A DNA stretch of 64,000 nt, from assembly GCF_006345805.1 (NCBI RefSeq), contig NC_043025.1:10230001-10294000 (forward strand), written 5' to 3'. Each line of letters begins with the position of its first letter. The first letter of the stretch is position 1. The notes below the pieces were generated by a model. The model had not been told where the DNA came from and did not search any database. It was given only the letters and a program-made list of their open reading frames with translations. The DNA is from Octopus sinensis. Lineage: Eukaryota. Positions 45,091-58,348 of the stretch are shown piece after piece. A program made the position numbers and the translations under genes.

Positions 45091-47516
45091 CTAGCACTAT
45101 GACCCGGCAACACCGGGTCATAGTGCTAGTGCATGCATATACAGCTGCATGCATGCACACATACACGCGAGTACTGTCCAAATCTCTGACCAATCACATA
45201 CAGCTAGCTGGCATTCAATTGGTGTATCAAGTTTTGGGCATTTTGATTGGGTTTTGGATAGAAAATTCACAAAAAAGTCACTTCTATTGATTTTTAATGG
45301 CTTTGTGGGGTGACTGGGGAAATGTAAAGATGTGCACGACCACCCTTGGACGGTTTTGAATGACCATAGAAAGTGCGAGCCCTCTAACTGAAAAATTGTG
45401 GATTTTTATAAAGGATACGCACGCAGACATTTTGCCGTTTATATATAGAGATAGCTATAACAAACAACAGGAAACTAGATACAATAAAAACTCAAGTAAT
45501 AATTATAATATTAGCAACCCAGCCTTAACTTACTTGCATAATACTATGGTCCAAGATAACTATGAAGACTGTTTTTCTCAACAGCACTAGTAGATATCAA
45601 GATGCTATTTCCTTTCAGCCCACCCTCAGTATCTGCTTATATAACTGTAGGAATAGAGACTACTGTCCCTGAACAACAATTGCCGCCTGGAAAATATAGT
45701 ATACAAATATTTAGTTCAAATGGTGGAAATGTGCACCACTATAACAATGCTACAGCAAATATATTTAAGGTGATATGGGAGAATCATATAATCCTTGAGG
45801 GATAGGAGGAAAGAACACAATACTTCTTTAGCTACACTAATCTGGCAATTGAATAACAAGGAATATTAATTATACTAGCACTATGACCCAGCAACGCCGG
45901 GTCATAGTGCTAGTGCATGCATATACAGCTGCGTGTGTGCACACATACACGCGCGTACTGTCCAAATCTCCGTCCAATCACATACAGCTAGCTGGCATTC
46001 AATTGGTGTATCAAGTTTCGGGCATTTTGATTGGGTTTTGGAGAGAAAATTCACAAAAAAGTCACTTTAACTGATTTTTTAATGGCTTTGCGGGGTGACT
46101 GAGGAAATGTTTATATATATAGAGATTTACAGGGTGACTGGGGAAATGTAAAGATGTGCACGACCACCCTTGGACGGTTTTGAATGACCATAGAAAGTGT
46201 GAGCCCTCTAACTGACAAATTGTGGATTTATATAAAGGACACACAGGCAGACATTTTGCTGTTTATATATATAGAGATTTGTGGGGTGACTGGGGAAATG
46301 TAAAGATGTGCACAACTACCCTTGGACGGTTTTGAATGACCATAGAAAGTGCGAGCCCTCTAACTGAAAAATTGTGGATTTGTATAAAGGACACGCACAC
46401 TGACATTTTGCCGTTTATATATAGAGATAGCTATAACAAACAACAGGAAACTAGATACAATAAAAACTCAAGTAATAATTATAGTATTAGCAACCCAGAC
46501 TTAACTTACTTGCATAATACTATGGTCCAAGATAACTATGAAGACTGTTTTTCTCAACAGCACTAGTAGATATCAAGATGGTATTTCCTTTCAGCCCACC
46601 CTCAGTATCTGCTTATATAACTGTAGGAATAGAGACTACTGTCCCTGAACAACAATTGCCGCCTGGAAAATATAGTATACAAATATTTAGTTCAAACGGT
46701 GGAAATGTGCACCACTATAACAATGCTACAGCAAATAAATTTAAGGTGATATGGGAGAATCATATAATCCTTGAGGGATAGGAGGAAAGAACACAATACT
46801 TCTTTAGCTACACTAATCTGGCAATTGAATAACAAGGAATATTAATTATACTAACACTATGACCCAGCAACGCCGGGTCATAGTGCTAGTGCATGCATAT
46901 ACAGCTGCGTGTGTGCACACATACACGCGCGTACTGTCCAAATCTCCGACCAATCACATACAGCTAGCTGGCATTCAATTGGTGTATCAAGTTTCGGGCA
47001 TTTTGATTGGGTTTTGGAGAGAAAATTCACAAAAGAAGTCACTTCTATTGATTTTTTAATGGCCTTGTGGGGTGACTGGGGATATGTAAAGATGTGCACG
47101 ACCACCCTTGGACGGTTTTGAATGACCATAGAAAGTGCGAGCCCTCTAACTGAAAAATTGTGGATTTGTATAAAGGACACACACACAGACATTTTGCTGT
47201 TTATATATATAGAGATTTGTGGGGTGACTGGGGAAATGTAAAGATGTGCACAACCACCCTTGGATGGTTTTGAATGACCATAGAAAGTGCGAGCCCTCTA
47301 ACTGAAAAATTGTGGATTTGTATAAAGGACACAAAGGCAGACATTTTGCTGTTTATATATATAGAGATTTGTGGGGTGACTGGGGAAATGTAAAGATGTG
47401 CACGACCTCCCTTGGACATTTTGAATGACCATAGAAAGTGTGAGCCCTCTAACTGAAAAATTGTGGATTTGTATAAAGGACATGCACGCAGACATTTTGC
47501 TGTTTATATATAGAGA
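45091..47516 (-). mobile_element. Three non-autonomous Helitrons of family A (45091-45451, 45875-46427, 46851-47516) separated by two copies of a 423-bp spacer
   Basis: A|TC and CTAG|T termini (third copy has CTAA for CTAG on the plus strand), 18-bp terminal hairpin, reiterated about 152-bp 5' modules. Confidence 0.75.
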
Positions 47517-48153
47517 CTAGCAGTATCGCCCGGCGTTGCTCGGGTTTGTAAGGGAAATAACTATATAAGCATTTTTAGAGAGTTATAGCCAAAAAATAGC
47601 AAAAAATGCATTAAAAATGGAAAAAATATGATGGTAAATTTTTTTTTAAATCGTTGACTCATCGTAGACATTTTTAGAGAGTTACTTCCCTTATATAATA
47701 GCGAAAAAATGCATTAAAATGGAAAAAAAACGATGGTAAATTTTTTTTTAAATCGTAGACTCATGTAGACGCTTTCTTAGCCATTTCTGTTTTGGTGTCT
47801 TCAAGCCATGAAGTCGTTGTTCTAAAAGAACACTGGTCTCCTTGACAACGCATTACGACGTTGATTTCCTTACACTCCCTTCCCCACAGGTGCAGGTGTG
47901 AGCGTGGACGCCAACTCCGCCGCCATCAACACACGAAAAATTATGCATTAAAATGGAATAAAAAATGATGTTAAATTATTTTTAAAATCGTAGACTCATC
48001 GTAGACCCGCGCTAATATTCAGACGGGCTCGATATGAATCACGACTATAAGCTACCCGAATTTGGTTAAACTGTACCGCAAAATGTGGGAGTAGTTAGGA
48101 ATCTAAATCGAAGGGGACAGACACTCACACAACTACAGTTTTATATATATAGA
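47517..48153 (-). mobile_element. Non-autonomous Helitron, family B (second, longer copy)
   Basis: Same termini and internal sequence as the 43007-43406 copy, with an internal duplication. Confidence 0.75.
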
Positions 48154-48199
48154 TATACATAGCGCAGTAGTGGTGAGATATGACAGCAAAGAAAAGCAT

Positions 48200-48510
48200 A
48201 CATTCACTCTCTGCATGCAATTAGGCTCGGAAAGTTCGTGAGGAACCCATTGACCCAATTTGCTGACTTTTCCGATAGCACACAGGTGTCAATGAATGGT
48301 TGAATGACCAAATCCAAGCTTCTCTGCTAGTTCCTCAACAGTTACGATGATATTTTGTTCCACCAGGGTTTTCAGGATGTCCTTGTCGAGTTCTACAGAT
48401 CTTTCAGGATGAGGCTCGTCTTCTAGGCTGTAGTTTATGGCTCGGGATTTCTGGAACCACCATTGACACTGCCTTACGCTTATTGTCCAATCCCCATATA
48501 CTGCATTAAT
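48200..48510 (-). pseudogene. Mariner transposase N-terminal fragment of a different family
   Basis: HTH region RNINAVYG...WFQK...SLEDEP...TVEELAEKLGFGHSTIH and a WVPHEL linker motif. Confidence 0.85.
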
Positions 48511-48588
48511 ATTTCTTGTACTTTGCACACATTTATATTCTGTTATTCTTTTATATGTTTCAGCCTTGAGGTTGTGGCCATGCTGGAT

Positions 48589-48593
<5 letters not shown>

Positions 48594-48622
<29 letters not shown>

Positions 48623-48912
48623 TATCTGTCTGTCTGTCTGTATGTATATATGTATATGTATGTGTGTGAACAATAATATTTTCAACAGATGTGTTGCAAA
48701 TGTATCTGATTGTTCTCAAGCTTCAATACTGTGTGTGTGTGTATGTGTGTGTATGTATGTATGTATATGTATGTATGTATGTATATGTATGTATGTATGT
48801 ATGTGTGTATGTATGTATGTGTGTGTGTGTATGTGTGTGTGTATGTGTGTGTGTATGTATGTATGTATGTATGTATGTATGTATGTATGTATGTATGTAT
48901 GTATGTATGTAT
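48594..48912. repeat. (TG)n/(TATG)n microsatellite
   Basis: Direct reading. Confidence 0.92.
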
Positions 48913-50619
48913 GAGGGTATGTTTACTTTATTACTAATTACTCTCTTCCAAGAACATTTTCACTCACTCTTAGCTCTTAGCTTCCCATACATTTTACTCA
49001 TGTATCTATCAGCGTCATAGACAGAATACTTTCACTTTAGTCTTCCTCAAATCACTCTGTCGCTATTTACTTTCATTTTATTTGTTGCCCACTGTGTGTG
49101 TGCGTTTGCGTGTGGTGTAAACCAGACTAAGAAAAGCATTTGACACACACACCAGAATGTGAGTTTTCTGTAAATTTTACTTAATTGGAGTTTAAATTTT
49201 AAAAACTGGACCTGGCATGACGCGATGCATTTTACTCTTAAAACTGCTAGGTAAATTGTAATTGAAGAAATCCTATATTGTAGATTTGTATAACTCCCAA
49301 AGGGAGGCAGATAAAATCTGCCTTTTATAATAAGAGATAATTTCTTGATTAGTTACACAACTATCTCCCTATGGATGGATGGAAGCACTCCATTGGTTAC
49401 GACAACGAGGGTTCCGGTTAATCCGATCAATAGAACAGCCTGCTCGTGAAATTAACGTGTAAGTGGCTGAGCACTCCACATATACATGTACCCTTAACGT
49501 AGTTCTCGGGGATATTCAGCGTGACACAGAGAGTGACAAGACCGGCCCTTTGAAATACAGGTACAACAGAAACAGGAAGTAAGAGTGAGAGACAGTTGTG
49601 GTGAAAGAGTACAGCAGGGATCACCACCATCCCCTGCCGGAGACTCGTGGAGCTTTAGGTGTTTTCGCTCAATAAACACTCACAACGCCCGGTCTGGGGA
49701 TCGAAACCGCGATCCTACGACCGCGAGTACGCTACCCTAACCACTGGGCCATTGCGCCTCCACTATCTCCCCATACGGCAGTAAGGTTGAAGGTTACTAC
49801 TTATGTTCAACAGAATTGCGCCAAATTCTAGATTGCAGGTCAAATTTAATAAACAGACACAATTAACTGATTATAACTCTCTCTTTGTAACTATCATGAC
49901 CTAGTTCAGCAGTTTGACACCTCTGTAATTGAGATCTGGAAGGACCGTGTACTATGTGCACCCCTTCCACATATCATATTAGTACATTCCTCCCTGCACC
50001 TCCAATGAGCTGATGCACCATGCTTGTCTCTCTCCAACTTGCCTTTTGCTGCCTGCCCCTACCTTGTCTTCTCTCTCATCTATTCTCCCCTTCTGACAAC
50101 TGTATCATTGCTATCCTGCTGCTCCTCTTCCATGAATTCCTCCTATGTATGTATGTATGTGTGTGTGTATACATATATATATATATATTATTCTTTTATT
50201 TGTTTCAGTTATTTGACTGCGGCCATGCTGGAGCACCGCCTTTAGTCGAGCAAATCAACCCCAGGACTTGTTCTTTGTAAGCCAAGTACTTATTCTATCG
50301 GATCTCTTTTGCCGAACCGCTAAGTTTCGGGGATGTGAACACACCAGCATCGGTTGTCAAGCAATGTTGAGGGGACAAACACAGACACATAAGCATACAC
50401 ACACACACACATACACACACATGCACACACACATACACAAACAAACATTTACATATACGACGGGATTCTTCCAGTTTCTGTCTACCAAATCCACTCACAA
50501 GGCTTTGGTTGGCCCGAGGCTATAGTAGAAGACACTTGCCCAAGGTGCCACGCAGTGGGACTGAACCCGGAACCATGTGGTTGGTTAGCAAGCTACTTAC
50601 CACACAGCCACTCCTGTAT

Positions 50620-50653
<34 letters not shown>

Positions 50654-50823
50654 CATATATATGACGGGCTTCTTTCAGTTTCTGTCTACCAAATCCACTC
50701 ACAAGGCTTTGGTCGGCCCGAGGCTATAGTAGAAGACACTTGCCCAAGGTGCCACGCAGTGGGACTGAACCCGGAACCATGTGGTTGGTTAGCAAGCTAC
50801 TTACCACACAGCCACTCCTGTAT

Positions 50824-50857
<34 letters not shown>

Positions 50858-52166
50858 CATATATATGACGGGCTTCTTTCAGTTTCTGTCTACCAAATCC
50901 ACTCACAAGGCTTTGGTCGGCCCGAGGCTATAGTAGAAGACACTTGCCCAAGGTGCCACGCAGTGGGACTGAACCCATGACCATGTGGTTGGTAAGCAAG
51001 GTACTTACCACGCAGCCACTCCTACGCCTATATATATATATATCACCATCATCATCATCATCAACATTTTACTCCTGTTTTCCATGCTGGCATGGATTTG
51101 AAGGCTTGATACAAACTGGCAAAGCCAAGGGTTGCACCAGGTTCCGTAGTCTGTTTTCACTTGGTTTCTATGGCTGGATGCCCTTCCTAATGCCAACCAC
51201 TCCACTGAGTGCATTAGGTGCCTTTTATGAGGCACCACCACCCGTACCTTTTACATGGCATCAGCACCAGTGCTGTGTATGTGGTACCGATATTTTATAT
51301 ATGGGACCATGGTTTTAGGATCTCAATGCTGTTATGGTGAATGGGTTTTCTCAAGTACAGCAAGGCATCACATACCTTAGTCCCCTTTCCTCTCCTTCAA
51401 AAGGTTCAGTGTTTTGAGGTTGGTCTTCATTCCATGCCTCCATGGGTCATTCTCTTCCACAACCTCCCTCTTCTTTAAGTGCTTGCTACTTCTTCATGCA
51501 TCTGTCCTCCTCCACTTCCTCCTCATCATCATTTAACATGTTTTCTACGCTGGCATGGGTTGGACGGTTTGAAGGAAGCTGGCCAGCAGAAGAGCTGTTC
51601 AGGCTCCATGTTTGTTTTGGCTGGTTACTACAGCTGGATTCCCTTCCTAACATCAACAACTTTATAAAGTGTACTGGATGCATTAATGCAGCACCAGTAT
51701 GGGTGCATTTATGTGGTACCAGTTGAGACCCCCTTCGGTCATGATTGACCGTGGGATTGCATCTAGAAAGTTACCCTCTCAGGCACAAGTCCGAGCAAGG
51801 TTGTTTATGGAAGGCCAGCAGTCGCCCATGCATACCGGCCTCCGCTCTCCACGCCACCAGTGTTATCCAAGGGAAAGGCAAAGGTCGATACAGCTTGGCA
51901 CCTGTGATGTCGCAACTCATTTCTACAGCTTAGTGAGCTGGAGGAAAATGAAAGAGGCCAATGTCAAGTGGCTCCTTGACACTGGCCTTTTTGTCTATGA
52001 GAGGCCCAACACTTTTATCAGCCACTTTGCATCCGTAAGGCCTAATGCTTGAAAAGTGCTTTTCCTGTGCCAGTGACATTCGTGACAGTTATGTAACACC
52101 AGAATCAGCCACAACTACAATTTCACTACAATATATATCAAAACAGATGACTGGAAAAAATCTGGC

Positions 52167-52346
52167 ATTATTTATTCTCCAATGTATGTTTCACTGCTTA
52201 ATAGAAGTTACATAGATATACATGTTGAAAATCATGTAAGACATCTTGAAGAATTACTAATTGGCAATGTCTTACATAGTTTTCTACATATATATCTATG
52301 TAACTTCTATTAAGCCGTGAAACATATGTAATGGGGAATAAATAAT
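52167..52346. repeat. About 180-bp foldback inverted repeat
   Basis: About 80-bp arms (attatttattc..tgtttcac.gcttaatagaagttacatagatata..tgtaagacat) with a loop of about 22 nt. Confidence 0.8.
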
Positions 52347-52569
52347 CAATCCTTTCTACTGTAGGCACAAGGCCTGAAATTTTGGAGAAGGGATAAGTTG
52401 AATACATCGATCCCAGAGCATAACTGATACTTATTTTATTGACCCCGAAAGGATGACAGGCAAAGTTGACCTTGGCAAAATTTGAACTCAGAACCTAGCG
52501 ACAGATGAAAAACCACTAAGCATTTTATTAGGTGTGCTAATGATTCTGACTCCTGAATGATAATAATAT

Positions 52570-53035
52570 CAGATTTTTTTTGTTTTCTATTCTATTGGTG
52601 AATGCAATTGTCTTCCCAATAGCAACATATGGATGCGAGACCTGGACACTAAAGAAAGCTGACCAGAAGAGAATTAATGCATTCGAGCTTTGGTGTTGGA
52701 GAAGACTTTTACGGATTCCATGGACAGCGAGGCTCACCAATGGAGAAGTTCTTAAGCAGATCAGGCCGAAAATGTCACTAGAAGCTAGGATCACCAAGCA
52801 TAGATTGGCATATTTTGGTCATATTATGAGGAGAAAATCCCTGGAGAAGGACATCATGCTTGGAATGGTCAGTGGCAAGAGAGGAAGAGGCCGACCAAGA
52901 ACCCGCTGGCTTGACACCATCAAGAGTGATACCGGAATGGACATAGCCAATCTGAAAGAAGCAGCCCAGGATAGAACTGACTGGAGGACACTGATCCAAT
53001 GAGTGACTGAGAGTCGACTTCGACTGAGTGGATAG
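52570..53035 (+). mobile_element. RTE-clade (BovB-like) LINE 3' fragment
   Basis: ATYGCETWTL..AFELWCWRRLLRIPW..YFGHIMRR..GKRGRGRPRTRWLD motif. Confidence 0.88.
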
Positions 53036-53410
53036 ATAGAGATTTTATATGTAATTACTCTGTAAAATGTATTTTCCAGTATTTCCTAGTATTTTTAACA
53101 CTCATACATATAACATTTACAAATATACTGGAATATGCAGTTATGCTTGATGAGGACACAGCTTGGATTATAACCCAATCTACATAATATTTATTTCTGT
53201 GTGTGTGTGTGTAGGTTCTTCTCTTCCAGCCGACAAGCTGGTGTCCCAGTATGGCTGCAGTTCAAAGACTGAAACAATAAAAGGTAAGAAAAAAAGATAC
53301 ATCTGTGAACACACACACACACACTTTAGCCACAGCAACACAAATGTTGCAAGGTCACCAATACACATATACTGATAGAAACACATACTAAAAGCACAAG
53401 TATATATTTG

Positions 53411-53823
53411 GGATCTTTTCGGTTTGACCGGCAGTTTTTTCTAGCGGTGTCATATGAAATTGTCACCCATAATTATGACCCTAGTATCGATCTATTGCAT
53501 TTCAATCTGTTTTAGGGTTAGGGGTGGGGGGAGGGTATCTTTTTTTCTTCACAAATGTCAATAAACCCAATCTGTTTCTTAAACGAGGGACATATTCATA
53601 CGGCACAGAATGTTGTTTACCTCAATGGATGTCATTGATTGGTTGAAATTGCAGAAATTGAAGAAAAGAAACAACAAATATCTTACAAAGTATAGAATTT
53701 TCTCAATAAAGCCAAGAAAAAAAAAAGATGTTTTATAGACACATTCTACCAGTATACGAAGTTTAAAATTTTTTATTTACCTAGAAATTATGTTAGAAAC
53801 TGCCGTTCAAACCGAAAAAATCC
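53411..53823 (-). mobile_element. MITE family M1 copy
   Basis: TIRs and internal homology. Confidence 0.85.
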
Positions 53824-54120
53824 CACATACAACACAAACTAGTCACAAACACACATGCATTTAGAGAAACGCACACACACTAATAGAAGCGCAATACACA
53901 CATGTACAGTAATTGAAGTACAATAAACATGCACTAATAGAAGTACAGTACACATACACCCAACATGCACTAAAGTCACCAACATATATAGTTTCTTTAT
54001 TGCCCACAAGGGGCTAAACATAGAGGGGACAAACAAGGACAAAGGGAGTAAGTCGATTACATCGACCCCAGTGCGTAACTGGTACTTTATTTATCGACCT
54101 CGGCGGAATTGAAGTCACAA

Positions 54121-54162
<42 letters not shown>

Positions 54163-54239
54163 GCACACAGAACCAACGAACACATACATTCAGTACATAA
54201 GGCTACACACACACACAAGAGAAAAACATCCACCACGTG

Positions 54240-55080
54240 AGGAATTACTTCCCTTGACAAACCACCTCTCCATGATTTACAATATGTAAACCCCTCAGCC
54301 AGCTCCGCCATTTTTGGTAAACAGCTTGCGTATGTACGTATCACGCCTTTCTCCCCCTCTCTCTATTCGTCTATACGTGTGCGTGCGTATTTTCTCCTCT
54401 GTATTCCTATACGTATGCGCGTACGTGACGCCTCCTCGCTCTATCTATGTATGTGCGTGTGCGCTCTGACTCTCTCTTTATGTGTATGTGTGTGCGTGCT
54501 TCCTCTCACTTTTCAGCCATTTGTTCATTCTTCTCTGTATACACGCAGGACGCGCATAGATATATATGTACGTATATATACTATAATATATATATGTGTA
54601 TATATATGTGTAAAAATATATTTATATATATGTTGACCACAACTGAATAATAAGGCCATTACAATATTTTACTGAGGTAAGAAGAATTATACGTACATGT
54701 GTATTATATACACTTAATAACTCATGTATGTATGTATTATATATATATGTGTATGTATATGTATACATACAGCTTTTGAATTCATGAAAAGGAGGAATAT
54801 ACATATGTGTGTGTATATATATAGTAATATTGTATATGCATATAAAGTACTTTATATGTATAAAGTAGTTTTGTACATGATGTCTGAAGCTTCTTTTTTC
54901 GTATTGTTGATCGCTATTCAGAGTAGTAGATCGTAGATCAACAAAAAGCCCCATCCTTTCTACCCCATGTGTGTATAATATATGGTATATGATGTATATC
55001 CTGGTGTATATATAACGAAGAAAAGAAGGGATCGTTACGACACGCGTTCGTCTGTCTCTACACATGGCGACGGTGAGGAT
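54240..55080. promoter_or_regulatory. Possible promoter/first-exon region of unidentified gene(s)
   Basis: Locally CpG-richer unique DNA, a YY1-like CCGCCATTTT at 54305-54314, a donor GAG|GTAAGA at 54677 and cacATGGCGACG|GTGAGG at 55064-55078. Confidence 0.35.
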
Positions 55081-55083
55081 TCC

Positions 55084-55855
55084 TAGTCTTTCGGCATCTG
55101 ATGTACTTTTTCTCTTTAATTTCTCGATAAAACTTCGGTGAATTTCACTGAGATGTGTCGATTATGGTTGAATACATGTTATATGTCCATTTACGCGTGT
55201 ATATACGTATATGTTGTTGAGAAATTATAGGAACTTGTGTTGTGTTTGAAGACATGTCTTTCCCAATGTCGGTTAGTCTTTCGGCATCTGATGTACTTTT
55301 TCTCTTTAAATTTTCGATAAAACTTCGGTGAATTTCACTGAGATGTGTCGATTATGGTTGAATACATGTTATAAGTCCATTTACGCGTGTATATATGTAT
55401 ATGTTGTTGAGAAATTTTAGGAACTTGTGTTGTGTTTGAAGACATGTCTTTCCCAATGTCGGTTAGTCTTTCGGCATCTGATGTACTTTTTCTCTTTAAT
55501 TTCTCGATAAAACTTCGGTGAATTTCACTGAGATATGTCGATTATGGTTGAATACATGTTATATGTCCATTTACGCGTGTATATACGTATATGTTGTTGA
55601 GAAATTATAGGAACTTGTGTTGTGTTTGAAGACATGTCTTTCCCAATGTCGGTTAGTCTTTCGGCATCTGATTCGTTAATCTAGTTTTTCTCTTTAATTT
55701 TTCGATAAAACTTCGGTGAATTTCACTGAGCTATGTCGATTATGGTTGAATACAGCTTATAAGTCCATATACGCGTGTATATATGTATATGTTGTTGAGA
55801 AATTTTAGGAACTTGTGTTGTGTTTAAAGACATGTCTTTCCCAATGTCGGTTAGT
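55084..55855. repeat. 190-bp tandem repeat, 4 copies
   Basis: tagtctttcggcatctgat recurs at 55084, 55274, 55464 and 55654. Confidence 0.92.
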
Positions 55856-58079
55856 TAAAACCTAGATCTTTCCATGTCGTTGCCTCTTCGTTTATAATTT
55901 TAATCACTTCACCAATTAAAACATCGTTGGAATTTCATTGAAAAATGTCGTTTATACTTTTGTATATACAGATGTGTATATATTTATTGGAAATACATAG
56001 AGAGATAGTATGTTTTGGAGGATTTTTTTCATTTTTACAAGAGGTGTTTCGTTATTTTCCTTCCGCCAATATATTATCCGTGCGTGTGAATACATGTATA
56101 TATAAAATACTTTGTGCTTGAAGTGTGTAGATTATATATAAAGCGTGTGTATACACACACTAGCGGTTTATCCAGGTCGCCCCCCCTTTGTTTGAGCAGA
56201 AGTTAATCAAATGGCGTTCCAGCCATGACCTTTCATCTATCTACCTATTTATATCTTTGCATGTCAGTCTATCCTCCATTTGTATATCCGTCTATTTCTG
56301 TTTCCCTCTATCAGTATATACTCCAATCTATCCTTCGTTTCAAAAGACAATGGGGGAATGTTGGTTTTTAAGGGAAATTTGGCTGCTATTTCTGAATATG
56401 CTGGTTGATCGCTCGCTGGTACATTTATGCAGGACTACGCATATTGTTTTTAGTCATTTTTATATGCGAATCAACTAAATTTTCATTGAAAATGTCAGGG
56501 TTTATTGAATTTAAATTTATTGGGGGGGGGGGAAACCCCTACAAGTAGAAGACACTTGCCCAAGGTGCCACGCAGTGGGACTGATATCTAAACACGAATT
56601 TCTTTCATGAATCTCATTAAAAAGACAAAAAGCTTACTGGAAATAATGTAGCTAATTGTAAGTTTCAATAGAGGTCTGTTTCGTTTTTGACCGGATTTTC
56701 GTTTCTAAACAACCAGGCATGTAAACATCACTATCACTGTGGTCTTTATATATTTTTATATTTCTTTCTATTCCCGTCGGAAATTATTTAAGAATTTCAT
56801 TGAAATATGTCATTTAAAGTTTATGAAATATATATCCACTGAAAAATACATAGAAAATTGTATATTTTCCAAGTGTATTTTGTTCTTTATTATCGTCTGC
56901 AGACAAAGTATGAACATCACTGTCTTTACATATATATTTTTTCGTTATATTGCCCTATTTCTGTCCTAAATTGTCTAAAACTCTCATTTAGGATTCATTT
57001 AATTTCCTGATCAATAAAGGAAATTATAAATTTTAAAAGTATTTTGTTCCATTATCGTTCTATTGTCACCCATAGACATGTAAACAATCGCCAATAAATT
57101 CGTTATATATATATATAGGTAAATTTTGGCATTATTTACCTGTATTTCTCTATTTCTGTCCTGAATTTCGTTGAAAAGTGTCGTTTAAGGTGTATTAGTT
57201 ACATACTTCCCGAAAAATATTGAAAATTTTTAAGTGTTTTATCGTTTCCAGACAAATCAGATGGTAAACATCACCATTAGTTTATCTTATATTTTGTTTT
57301 ATTTCTCTGTTTTTACTGTTAAACCTCACATGAATTTCATGGAAAAATGTTGAATGTTTATTAAATGTATATGCAGTGGAAAAAATAATATCGAAACTAG
57401 CAAACTTTTAAGAGTTCTTTCTATTATTATCCATGGACGAATTTAAGCATCAATCACCATTGGTCGTTTTATATATATAAAAATTCTCTAATTTAATGTT
57501 TCATTGAAAAATGTGGTTTAAGGGTTGATATATATTTAATAGGAAAAAAACCCCAAAAAGAATTCAAAATGTGATTTTTTCGTTCATCTTTAACCGAGCG
57601 CAGAAAGCATACAGGCAAGCATGGCGGTCAGGCTGTCGGTGTTGTAAACATCGTTTTCTTGTTATGTTATAAATATATTCTCTTCAAGTCTGCCATTAAA
57701 TGCGGACCACCTTTGATCAGAGGTCTGACCTGGCCTACACAACAATCGTATGTGACAAACGAGCAAGAGAGTGCTCAATACATGGACAGTTTATTCTTTT
57801 TTGTTAGAAATTGGTGATTTAGCGAGTCACTAGTGTCAGGTGACGATGTACATATCTTTGCGTGTGTGTGTGTGTATATTGCTTGTTTTTAATGTCTAGT
57901 TCCATTGAAACAATTAAGCATTAACTAAAAGTTCAATCCGCACCGGAGTATCAAATTTATTTTAAAAAGAGCTTGGCCGTTTCCTTGTATATATATATAT
58001 ATATATACATACACGCACACATAGACTTTGTGTATAATTGAGTGTATATATATATAAACACACACATACACACTGTATG

Positions 58080-58112
<33 letters not shown>

Positions 58113-58133
58113 TGTAACGAAGGATCGCCTATG

Positions 58134-58200
<67 letters not shown>

Positions 58201-58302
58201 CAATTAAGGACAACTACTTAATAAGGAAAACTTAACAAGAAATTGTCAGGTAGATAGCTTAACAAGAAATTGTTCAATATGTTCAATAAGAAATAATTAT
58301 TT

Positions 58303-58348
<46 letters not shown>

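Noticed and set aside
45602-45805. Duplicated 67-aa ORF in the Helitron spacer (also 46578-46781)
   Set aside because: Short, no recognisable domain or splice signals. The duplication is explained by the spacer repeat.
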